A stretch of 64,000 nucleotides of DNA, taken from assembly GCA_034520945.1 (NCBI GenBank), contig JAXHNB010000010.1, forward strand, positions 209,942-273,941, given 5' to 3'. Below the pieces are notes generated by a model. It ran no database searches and was not told where the DNA came from. It saw only the letters and a list, made by a program, of their open reading frames with translations. A program made the position numbers and the translations under genes. Shown here piece after piece: positions 9,710 through 18,180 of this stretch. Each line of letters begins with the position of its first letter. Positions within the stretch are counted from its first letter, which is position 1. The DNA comes from Trueperaceae bacterium (GTDB taxonomy: Bacteria > Deinococcota > Deinococci > Deinococcales > Trueperaceae).

Positions 9710-11229
9710 GGCTGTCCCTCCCCTTCCCGGCGGGCACGGCGGGTCGCCGCGCCGGCCCGGTACTCCTGCCACGCCACGACGAACACGGTGAGGACCGCCA
9801 TGGAGAGGAACAGCAACGGGATGGGCCGCGTCACGAAGATCGCCAGGCTGTCGGCCGACATGTACAGGCTCTGGCGCAGTCCGACCTCGACCAGCGGGCC
9901 CAGAATGAAGCCGATCAGCAACGGCGCGATCGGGAACCCGAAGCGCTTCATCGCGAAGCCCAGCACACCGAAGCCAAGGGTGGCGTACATGTCGAAGAAG
10001 TTGTGCGTGGCGACGTAGGTGCCGGTGAAGCACAGCACCACCACGATCGGGAACAGGATACGGTCTGGCACCCGGGAGGCCTGCAGGAACAGGCGCATGC
10101 CCAGGCGCGCCACCACGACCAGCAGGATCGTGCCGACCACCATGGTGACGAACAGCGCCGCCACGAAATCGCCGTGCTGCTGGAACAGGCTGGGGCCGGG
10201 CACCAGGCCGTGCACCATGAACGCGCCCAGCATGATGGCGGTGATCACGTCGCCGGGAATCCCCAACGTCAGGAGCGGAATGAAGGTCGAACTGGTCACG
10301 CCGTTGTTGGCGGATTCTGCGGCCGCGATCCCCTCCAGCGACCCCTTGCCGTACTCCTCGGGTTTCTTCGAGAAGCTGCGCGCCACGCCGTAGCTGAAGA
10401 AGGCGGCGATGGCCGAGCCCAGCCCGGGCACCGCGCCGATGGCCACGCCCAGTGGGCCGGAGCGAAGGAGGGTCGGCACCACGGAGCGCATCTCGGCGCC
10501 GGAGAGGCGATGGTCCGCCGAGTCGAGGCGGACGCCCTCGGCTTTCTGGACGTCGGACGCGCGCTTCTGCGCCAGCTCGATCGCCTCGGCGATGGCGAAC
10601 ACGCCGATGATGAGCGCGATGAAGGTCCAGCCGGCGGTCAACTGCGGCACGTCGAACGTCAAGCGGTACGAACCGGTCAGCGGGTCGAGCCCGAACGACG
10701 CCAGGAAGATGCCGAACAGGCCCGAGATGAGGCCCTTCAGCATGTTGCCTTGCGACAGCACGGCGATGAGCGTCAGGGCGAACAGGCCCAGCGCGAAGTT
10801 CTCGGGCGGTCCGATGCGCAATGCCATCACCGCCACCGGCACCGCGAAGAAGATCAGGGCGAGGTCGCTGAGCAACGCGCCGAAGCCCGAGGCGTACAGC
10901 GACATCTTCAGCGCCTTGCCGGCCTTACCCTGTCGCGTCAGTTCGTACCCGTCCAGTGCGGTGGCGGCCGAAGCAGGCACCCCGGGCACGTTGATCAACA
11001 CCGCCGATATCGAACCGCCATACGTGCCGCCCTTGTAGATGCCGACCAGCATGGCGATGCCGCCGACGGGCTCCAGGTAGAAGGTGATCGGCAACGTGAT
11101 CGCGACCGCGAGGGGCACGTTGAGGCCCGGGATGGCGCCGATGACCACCCCGATCACCAGGCCCAGCAGGATGAGCCCCATGATCTGGGGGTCGAACACG
11201 ACGGACAGGCCGGACCCAATGTCGATCAT
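9706..11229 (-). CDS. tctA: Tripartite tricarboxylate transporter large permease
   Basis: GAIPGL, YGGSISAVLINVPG, ESANNG, PLLTLGIPGD, GLVPGP; multi-TM. Confidence 0.93.
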   Translation of the reverse strand: MIDIGSGLSVVFDPQIMGLILLGLVIGVVIGAIPGLNVPLAVAITLPITFYLEPVGGIAMLVGIYKGGTYGGSISAVLINVPGVPASAATALDGYELTRQGKAGKALKMSLYASGFGALLSDLALIFFAVPVAVMALRIGPPENFALGLFALTLIAVLSQGNMLKGLISGLFGIFLASFGLDPLTGSYRLTFDVPQLTAGWTFIALIIGVFAIAEAIELAQKRASDVQKAEGVRLDSADHRLSGAEMRSVVPTLLRSGPLGVAIGAVPGLGSAIAAFFSYGVARSFSKKPEEYGKGSLEGIAAAESANNGVTSSTFIPLLTLGIPGDVITAIMLGAFMVHGLVPGPSLFQQHGDFVAALFVTMVVGTILLVVVARLGMRLFLQASRVPDRILFPIVVVLCFTGTYVATHNFFDMYATLGFGVLGFAMKRFGFPIAPLLIGFILGPLVEVGLRQSLYMSADSLAIFVTRPIPLLFLSMAVLTVFVVAWQEYRAGAATRRARREGEGQP

Positions 11230-11236
11230 GCCGCGC

Positions 11237-11755
11237 TCACGAGAACAACGATCCCGAGGGGAGCAGAATCACCATGTACCGCTCGAAGAACAGCAGCAGG
11301 GCCACGGGCGTAAGGATCATCAACAGCAGGATCGTGCGGGGGCGGCGATTCCCGAAGAGGTACGACAACCCGCCGATGTAGACGGAGGTGGTGATCAGAT
11401 AGCCGAGCCATGGCAGCGTCGCGAGATACAGCACGGTCCAGGCAACCAGACCGCCGCCACGGATCGTGGAGGCCCGGCGCTCCGCGCGCTCCTCGGGCGG
11501 CGGTGCCTCGGGGGAGACGGGTGGGTCCGTGGCCGTGCGGGTCGCCTCCCGGCGGGCGGCGCGGAGGCGTCCCAGGTTCCGTGCCAGCAGGATCGCCGAC
11601 AACAACGCGATCGCGCCGGTGACGATGAGCGGCATGGTGGTTCGCGAGGCGGCGCCGAGTCGCTCGTCGGTGGAGAACCACAGGTGCACGAAGAAAAAGA
11701 GGCCCATCGCGAGGACGACGGCGGCCACCGCCACCTCGCGCTTTGCGTCAGCCAC
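11237..11755 (-). CDS. tctB: Tripartite tricarboxylate transporter small permease
   Basis: About four hydrophobic segments, LPWLGYL and F...LP.G end, located between tctC and tctA. Confidence 0.8.
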   Translation of the reverse strand: MADAKREVAVAAVVLAMGLFFFVHLWFSTDERLGAASRTTMPLIVTGAIALLSAILLARNLGRLRAARREATRTATDPPVSPEAPPPEERAERRASTIRGGGLVAWTVLYLATLPWLGYLITTSVYIGGLSYLFGNRRPRTILLLMILTPVALLLFFERYMVILLPSGSLFS

Positions 11756-11913
11756 GCTCGTCCTCCCTGATGCTCGCCGTCTCGGCGAGGGAACGTCGCG
11801 CCCGTCTCAAGGGGCGTGGAGCGGGCACGGATGGCGTCCGTGCCCGAGCTCCTTCGCAGGTTCGGTGCGGGCGAGGGCCGAAACCGTCCACGACCCTCGT
11901 CAGAGATGCGTTC

Positions 11914-12870
11914 TCAGTCTTCGCCCCGCAGGATCGGCTCGTAGCGCTCCCAGCGGGTTTGCCACCGCTCGCCGAAGGCAGGCCCGTCGAGATAGGCCGT
12001 GGCCGCCCCGGCATCCGCAGCGCGCTGCAGGAACTCCTCGTCCTGCATCACGGTGGCCAGCGAGTCCCGCAGGATCTGAACCACGTCGTCCGGCACGCCC
12101 TGCGCGACGGCCAGGCCTGTCCACGGGTTACCGGTCACGTCGTAGCCCTGCTCGATGGCGGTAGGCACGTCGGGGTAAGCCTCGTTGCGCTCCTGGTCGA
12201 ACACCGCCAGCAGCCTGAGCGAGCCGGCGCTCAGCTGGGACTCGACCGACGCCAGCCCAGCCGGCACCATGTCGAAATGGCCGCCCAGCACGCCGGTGAC
12301 GGCGGGCGCGCCGCCTTCGGTGGGGATGTGGCGGATCTCGACGCCGGCCTCACTCAGCCAGCCGCGCATCGTCAGGTAGGGGAGCACGTCGGGCACGGCG
12401 GCGAACGTCAGGCCGCCCGGATCTTCGCGCGCAGCTTCGGCCAGGTCGTCGAGGCTCTCCCAGGGCGCGTCGGCGGGCACGGCCAGGCCCAACGTGCGCA
12501 GCGCCACCTGCCCGATCGGCACGAAGTCGTCGTAGGTGTAGCCGACGTCGCCGGAGAGCGGCGTCAGAATGTGGTTGCCACTGGTGGTCACCAAGACCGT
12601 GTAGCCGTCCTTGGGGGCGTCCAGCACGGCTTGACTCCCGAGGGCGCCGCCGCCGCCGACGCGGTTGGCGACCGACACAGGCGTGCCGAGTTCCTCGCTC
12701 ATGGACGTCGCCAGCAGCCGACCGATGACGTCGGTGGTGCCGCCCGCCGGCCACGGCACGATGAACTGGATCGGTCGTTCCGGGAAGTCCTGCGCCGAAG
12801 CGCTCACGGTCAATGCGAGGGCCGCCAGGATCGGCAGCGCTTTGGTCAGGATCGCGCGAAGAATCTGCAT
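11914..12870 (-). CDS. tctC: Tripartite tricarboxylate transporter substrate-binding protein (Bug family)
   Basis: Signal peptide ...ASAQ then DFPERPIQFIVPWPAGGTTD, NRVGGGG, DGYT, PDVPT. ATG 12870 follows GGAGGGAG. Confidence 0.92.
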   Translation of the reverse strand: MQILRAILTKALPILAALALTVSASAQDFPERPIQFIVPWPAGGTTDVIGRLLATSMSEELGTPVSVANRVGGGGALGSQAVLDAPKDGYTVLVTTSGNHILTPLSGDVGYTYDDFVPIGQVALRTLGLAVPADAPWESLDDLAEAAREDPGGLTFAAVPDVLPYLTMRGWLSEAGVEIRHIPTEGGAPAVTGVLGGHFDMVPAGLASVESQLSAGSLRLLAVFDQERNEAYPDVPTAIEQGYDVTGNPWTGLAVAQGVPDDVVQILRDSLATVMQDEEFLQRAADAGAATAYLDGPAFGERWQTRWERYEPILRGED

Positions 12871-13200
12871 GGTTCTCCCTCCGGAGGGGTGTTCGGCGGC
12901 CCGGGGCCGCCGCGTCGACATTCCGATCACGTGCTTCGAGTCATCGCAGGGGTGGATCCTCCCTTCGGGGTCGAGGCGAAGGATCGGGGAACGGCGGCGC
13001 ACGTGACGAATCGCGTACCTGCGCCGCAGAGACGGCTCGAGGTCTGTCGACCGGCGGGCGTCGCGCGCTTTGCGCTGGCCTGCGTGTGAACGTCGTGCAT
13101 GAGCCCTCATCTCGCCGGAATGCGCCGTCGTGTGCCGCGAAAGTTGCCGAGGACGTGCGCGATACGACACGGATCGACCCTGGATTGGATGTTCGGAAGA

Positions 13201-13230
13201 AGTCTAAGCTATATTATATTCTTGCGTCAA
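13201..13230 (-). promoter_or_regulatory. Putative sigma70-type promoter for the tct operon
   Basis: Minus strand TTGACG-N18-TAGACT with an AT-rich spacer (AATATAATAT) in otherwise GC-rich DNA. Confidence 0.5.
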
Positions 13231-13334
13231 CGGGTGGGGGCGGTGCGCTACTCATCCTGCGTGCCGTTCACAGCAAGAACGCCACGTGAGGTACGTGTAT
13301 CATGCGACGAACGAACGTCCCACCTTCTGGCTCG

Positions 13335-14888
13335 TCACATGCTCGAGCCGCTCGTCACCACCCGGTTGCCCCCCTGGTCCTTGGCCTGGTATAGCGCGTC
13401 GTCAGCCTCCGCCAACGACGCCTCCACCTCGATCTCCGCGCCCACCGCCACGTGCACACCGACGCTGACGGCGACCCGGGCGTACGCCTCCGGCGCCTCG
13501 GGGATGGCCACGCGCACGTCGTCGACCGAGGCGCGCACGCGCTCCGCGAGCGCATGGGCGCCCTCGAGATCGGTATCGGGCAGGCACAGCGCGAACTCGT
13601 CGCCGCCCAACCGACCGAGGATGTCCCCTTCCCGTACGCTGGCCGTCGCGATGGCAGCCACCGTCTGCAGGACCAGATCTCCCGTGGCATGTCCGTGCGT
13701 GTCGTTGACGCCCTTGAAGCCGTCGATGTCGAACATCACCCAGCCCAGCGGACGACCCGAGCGGCGCGACACGGCGACCGCCTTTCGGGCCAGCTCGAGG
13801 AACTGCCGGCGATTACCGATGCCCGTCAGCGAATCCGTGGTGGCGAGGTGGCGCAACCGGTTTTCCGCGTGGACCTGCCGAGTCACATCGCGAAGGACGA
13901 GGGCTCGGCCGAGCGGCTCGTCGTCGCGGTCGGTCAGGTCCACGGCCTTGCAGCCGTAAACCCGCTCGCCGACCTCGACCTCCGTCACGTCGCCCGCTTC
14001 GAGGAGGGAGTGTCGCACCAACGGGGCGATCGCCGGGTAGCGCTGAACATGCCGCTCGGTCGCGGCGTCTGGATCTTCGGCAGCGGCGAGGACGTCGTTC
14101 GCCGCGTGATTGTGGTCCACGACGGTGCCGTGCCTGTCGACGACGATGACCGCCTCGGCGATGTTTTCGAAGACGTGCGCTCGTGCGATGGGGACGATGT
14201 CCGCAAGCCCGTACCGCACCACGCCTTGGTACAGCAGGACGCTGGCGACCGGCAGCACGAACGGCGAAACATCGATGCCCCACGGCGTTACACCGAACAC
14301 GGAGGCAAGGCTCCCCAGCCACGGGAAGAGAGAGCCCAGGAGAAGCACCCGCGCCTGCCGACGCTGACGGCCTCTCGTGCGCGTCCACGCATGGAGGAAC
14401 ACGGCGTTGGCCACCAGCACGGCTGCTGCGAGGTAGATCTGGAGGCCCACGAACCACGGTCCGCGATCGAAGGCCAGCAACGTCAGCGGGTCGACCTCGA
14501 CCATGCGTGGGTTCACGTGGAACAGATCGTGGTTGGCGTTGGTAATCGTGACCAGGTAGGTCAGCGCGGAGGCACCGAACAACGCGGCTTTCGTGGCCGT
14601 CGCGTGAAGCACACGTGGCCAGCCGAAGTCGCCCGCGAGCATCAGCAACAGGAACGGCAGGAACGCGATGCCGAGATGCTGAATCCAGTAGGTGGCGAGG
14701 ACCCAATCCACCGTCGTGCCCGCCAGCTCGAGCCCGTTCCCGAAGGCGTACAGGAACGTCGCAACCAACACCCCCGATAACGCCGGCTTGCGCAGCAGAT
14801 CCCCACGCCGCCTCACCTCCGCCAGCACCCCCAGGGCGCTGAGGCCGACCGCCATCGATGCGAGCATCAGGCCGAACTGCAGAACCAC
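13335..14888 (-). CDS. Diguanylate cyclase (HisKA_7TM-like membrane domain + PAS + GGDEF)
   Basis: Multi-TM N-terminus, VFENIAEAVIVVD PAS-like segment, DSLTGIGNRR, DIDGFKGVNDTHGHATGD, REGD I-site, LGGDEF. Confidence 0.92.
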   Translation of the reverse strand: MVLQFGLMLASMAVGLSALGVLAEVRRRGDLLRKPALSGVLVATFLYAFGNGLELAGTTVDWVLATYWIQHLGIAFLPFLLLMLAGDFGWPRVLHATATKAALFGASALTYLVTITNANHDLFHVNPRMVEVDPLTLLAFDRGPWFVGLQIYLAAAVLVANAVFLHAWTRTRGRQRRQARVLLLGSLFPWLGSLASVFGVTPWGIDVSPFVLPVASVLLYQGVVRYGLADIVPIARAHVFENIAEAVIVVDRHGTVVDHNHAANDVLAAAEDPDAATERHVQRYPAIAPLVRHSLLEAGDVTEVEVGERVYGCKAVDLTDRDDEPLGRALVLRDVTRQVHAENRLRHLATTDSLTGIGNRRQFLELARKAVAVSRRSGRPLGWVMFDIDGFKGVNDTHGHATGDLVLQTVAAIATASVREGDILGRLGGDEFALCLPDTDLEGAHALAERVRASVDDVRVAIPEAPEAYARVAVSVGVHVAVGAEIEVEASLAEADDALYQAKDQGGNRVVTSGSSM

Positions 14889-15047
14889 GCGTACCGACTC
14901 CCTCCGGCGCGATGGTAACGGGTCGAGGCCTCGAGGTCAGCGGGCGCGCGCAGACGTGTGGCCGCGACCGTGGCGAAACGCATGCCGACATGCATGGCGT
15001 CTCGACGGGCGGACGTCCGACCTGGCGACGTCGTGGACGCCGTTCGG

Positions 15048-15524
15048 TCAGCGAGGCATCATGTCCGCGAGCCTGCCTTGGCCGCGCGTCCCCCGCATGG
15101 CGAGCAGGTCGATGTTCTCCTCCTCCGCCATGCGCATGCTGCCGCTCATCGCCAGCGAGGGGTAGCGCCAGGTGCCACGAAGGACCTGCCCCTCCACGTT
15201 GGCGGACACGAAGATGCTGTCGTCGTACGCGTCGGTGAGTGTGAGGTCGACCGAGCCGGGCCGCGTGGTTCCGGTCACGTTCAGGTACACCTCGCTGTCC
15301 TCGTCCAGCAGGACGCCGTAGCCCGAGACCGTCCCGGTCGACCCGCCGCCGGTGGTGGTCACGTCGATGGCAACAGCTGCGAAGTCCACGCCTTGATCGT
15401 TCAGTACGCCGCCCCACACGCCGTCCAGTCGGTAGGGGGTCGGCGCTCGGCCGTCGGTCGACGAACCGCACGCGGTGAGCAGCGCGGCCGAGAGCAGGGT
15501 GGTGAGAAGCAGGGATCGATGCAT
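15048..15524 (-). CDS. Hypothetical lipoprotein
   Basis: MHRSLLLTTLLSAALLTAC lipobox, AAAGG upstream, beta-rich mature region. Confidence 0.7.
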   Translation of the reverse strand: MHRSLLLTTLLSAALLTACGSSTDGRAPTPYRLDGVWGGVLNDQGVDFAAVAIDVTTTGGGSTGTVSGYGVLLDEDSEVYLNVTGTTRPGSVDLTLTDAYDDSIFVSANVEGQVLRGTWRYPSLAMSGSMRMAEEENIDLLAMRGTRGQGRLADMMPR

Positions 15525-15840
15525 ATCGGGGCCTTTCGGGAGTGGACGACAGGGTGTGCGTTCGTGTTCGTCGTCGACGCTAGCCATCCCATGCGACCGG
15601 AAGCGTCGGAGGGCCCGACGTGGAACGCGCCGTGCATGGGCCCGCGGAGGGGCGCGACCCCGCGTGCACACCGCGGGGTGGCCGGCACCGCACGTTGCGG
15701 CGCGGCGCGGCCGGCAGCGGTCGATCCGTCCAGATGACGTGGACGTGGACGCGTCGCTGGGCGGATCATGGGGCTACATGCCGGGATTGCCCCGCGCAGG
15801 GCTTCGTCCGCGCGCCCACCCGACTGCGAGGAGGCAGTAC

Positions 15841-16635
15841 GTGCCAATCCACGAGGAGCACCTGGCCCGACTCCGAACCGCCAAACGTCAACTCGAGGAC
15901 GCGTCGTTCCTGATCCGAGCCGCCAACGCCGCGGGACAACCCTTGGAGCGCTTGGTCACCGTGTTGCCCACGCAGGGTCGGGAGGCCGTCACCCGAGCGA
16001 CGCGGGCCTCGCTGGACAAGGGCATGGACTGGGCCATCGCCACCATCGGCACGGCAAAGGTGTCGCACCCTCGTCCCTGGCTGCACAGGTCCGTCGTCAC
16101 GGCATCCGGCGGGATCGGCGGCGCGTTCGGGTGGAGCGTGCTGGCGGTCGAACTGCCCTTCTCGACCCTGGTGATGCTGCGCTCCATCGCCGCCATCGCG
16201 CAGGAGCACGGCGAAGACCTCCGCGACCCGGCGACGCGCCTGCAGTGCCTTGCGGTCCTGTCCTACGGCGGCACGACGCCTGCGGACGACGCCGCCGACA
16301 CCACCTACTACGCCGCCCGCGCCGCGCTCACGACCTCCCTCCACCGCGCCGCGGCGCACCTCGCTACGGCGATGCACGGCGGCCAGGCGCCCCGCTCCGC
16401 TCAGGTGGTTGCGACCTTCATCAGCAAGGTGGCCGGCCGCTTCGGCATCGTGGTGCACCAGAAGGCCGTCGCCCAGTCCGTTCCGGTCCTCGGCGCGTTG
16501 GGCGGCGCCACCTTGAACAACCTATTCATCGGCCACTTCCAAGCCGTCGGCAGCGGCCACTTCACGGTGCGGGCGCTGGAGCGGATGTACGGGGAGGACG
16601 CGGTGCGGGAGGCGTACGAGGCGATCGGGACGTGA
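15841..16635 (+). CDS. EcsC family protein
   Basis: GAGGAGG then GTG 15841; SGGIGGAFG, ELPFSTLVMLRSIAAIA, GEDL, AQSVPVLGALGGATLN, GHFTVRALER. Confidence 0.8.
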   Translation: MPIHEEHLARLRTAKRQLEDASFLIRAANAAGQPLERLVTVLPTQGREAVTRATRASLDKGMDWAIATIGTAKVSHPRPWLHRSVVTASGGIGGAFGWSVLAVELPFSTLVMLRSIAAIAQEHGEDLRDPATRLQCLAVLSYGGTTPADDAADTTYYAARAALTTSLHRAAAHLATAMHGGQAPRSAQVVATFISKVAGRFGIVVHQKAVAQSVPVLGALGGATLNNLFIGHFQAVGSGHFTVRALERMYGEDAVREAYEAIGT

Positions 16636-16742
16636 AGCGTGGCGCCTTCCGCTCCTCGAACACCACCTCGCGGAAGGTGGTACGCACAGGCATGCAGCAG
16701 CACCGCGCGCAGCAGTCCGACTCCAGAAACCTCGGCTGATCG

Positions 16743-17876
16743 ATGGGCACCGTCCTCGCGCACGACCTGATCCATGACGGCCTCGTCGAACTGACGCGCG
16801 ATGGCCACGCCGTGACGATGCGGTCGGTGACGTCCGGCCAGGCCACGGCTTACCTGAGTCGCGGCTGGTTCGACGTGCAAATCAACGGCTTCGCCGGGCA
16901 CGACGTCAACGCCGGCGGGCTTGGCCCCGACGGCTTCGCGGCGATGACGCGCGCCCTGCACGCCGAGGGCGTGGCGCGCTACCTCCCCACGGTGGTGACG
17001 GCCAGCGTCGACCACATGGGCGCCTGCCTAGCGGCCGTCACCGCCGCGCGCCGCGCCGACCCGGCCGTCGCGTTCGCGGTGCTTGGCATCCACCTGGAGG
17101 GGCCGTTCGTGTCGCCCGAGGACGGCGCCCGCGGCGCGCACCCCCTCGCCGCCGTCCGCGATCCGGACCCCGCCGTGTTCGACGACCTGCAGGCGCGGGC
17201 GGACGGCGCGATCCGTATCGTCACGCTGGCGCCCGAGCGCCCGGGCGCGCTGGAGCTGATCTCGTACCTCGCCGGGCACGGCATCGTCGTGTCCATCGGG
17301 CACAGCCTTGCCGACGCCGCCGTGGTGCACGAGGCGGCCGGCGCCGGCGCGCGGCTGTCGACGCACCTCGGGAACGGACTCCCGGCGACGCTGCCGCGGC
17401 ATCCCAACCTGCTGTGGGCGCAGCTCGCCGATGATCGGCTGCACGCCAGCATGATCTTCGACGGCCATCACCTGCCCGAGGACACCATGCGGGTGTTCCT
17501 GCGGGCGAAGGGGCCAGAACGGACGATCCTCACGAGCGACGCCGTGGCCCTGGCGCGCTGCCACCCCGGCGTGTACGAGGGGCAGGTGGGTGGCACGGTC
17601 GAGCTGCACGACAGCGGCCGCCTGACCATGGTCGGCACCCCGTACCTGGCCGGATCGGCGAGCTCGCTGGCGGACGCGATGAGCACCGCCACCGGCCGTC
17701 TGGGGGTGCCCGTCGCCGACGCGGCCCGCATGGTGACGGAGGTGCCGCGCGGGCTGCTGTGGTTGGACGCCGCCGACGACGCGACCGTGTTCCGGGTCGA
17801 AGGGGGGCGCGTCGTTCCGGTGTGGACGGTGGTGGACGGGCGGGTGGTGTACGCGCGCGAGGGGCACGCTTCGTAG
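16743..17876 (+). CDS. nagA: N-acetylglucosamine-6-phosphate deacetylase-like amidohydrolase
   Basis: FDVQINGF, LPTVVT, IHLEGPF, VTLAPE, SIGHS, THLGNG, DGHH, SDA, LAGS. Confidence 0.8.
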   Translation: MGTVLAHDLIHDGLVELTRDGHAVTMRSVTSGQATAYLSRGWFDVQINGFAGHDVNAGGLGPDGFAAMTRALHAEGVARYLPTVVTASVDHMGACLAAVTAARRADPAVAFAVLGIHLEGPFVSPEDGARGAHPLAAVRDPDPAVFDDLQARADGAIRIVTLAPERPGALELISYLAGHGIVVSIGHSLADAAVVHEAAGAGARLSTHLGNGLPATLPRHPNLLWAQLADDRLHASMIFDGHHLPEDTMRVFLRAKGPERTILTSDAVALARCHPGVYEGQVGGTVELHDSGRLTMVGTPYLAGSASSLADAMSTATGRLGVPVADAARMVTEVPRGLLWLDAADDATVFRVEGGRVVPVWTVVDGRVVYAREGHAS

Positions 17877-17980
17877 GCGCGCGCAACGGCGCCTACGCCG
17901 GCCCACGGTCCTTCGTCAGCGGCGACCCTAGCCCCCACCGAGCGAGCCGATTCGGAGGCGGCGTCGTTGGGCGGTTCCCC

Positions 17981-18102
17981 GCACTCGGCGTCGCCGTCCG
18001 GGAGTACGATACGGCTGAGAAGGCCGAAACCGCACGCGCGAGGGGCGTACGCCACGCCTCCACGCCCACGATGCGTGCCCTGCTTGCCGCGAAGGAAGGT
18101 GC
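17981..18102 (+). ncRNA. Candidate Moco (molybdenum cofactor) riboswitch-like leader
   Basis: GCACT(17981)/GGTGC(18098) closing stem, GATACGG, GGGGCGT/ACGCCTCC stem, GCCTCC...GGAAGGTG 3' end. Directly upstream of a molybdoenzyme operon. The expected GAAA loop is not obvious. Confidence 0.45.
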
Positions 18103-18180
18103 ACCGGTGAACCCCGAAGTACGACGTCCAGGCGGACGACCGACGAGGCCGGCCCGCGTGTGCGACGCTGAGCGGCTCGA

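Noticed and set aside
11765..11905. Hammerhead-ribozyme-like words (CTGATG, CTGACGA, GGCCGAAAC)
   Set aside because: The CUGANGA and GAAA core elements are not in the right order on one strand around a stem II. Plain hairpins explain the sequence.
18015..18030. CTGAGAAGGCCGAAAC as a minimal hammerhead core
   Set aside because: It lacks the invariant G of CUGANGA and has no flanking stems I/III. The Moco-like leader reading fits better.
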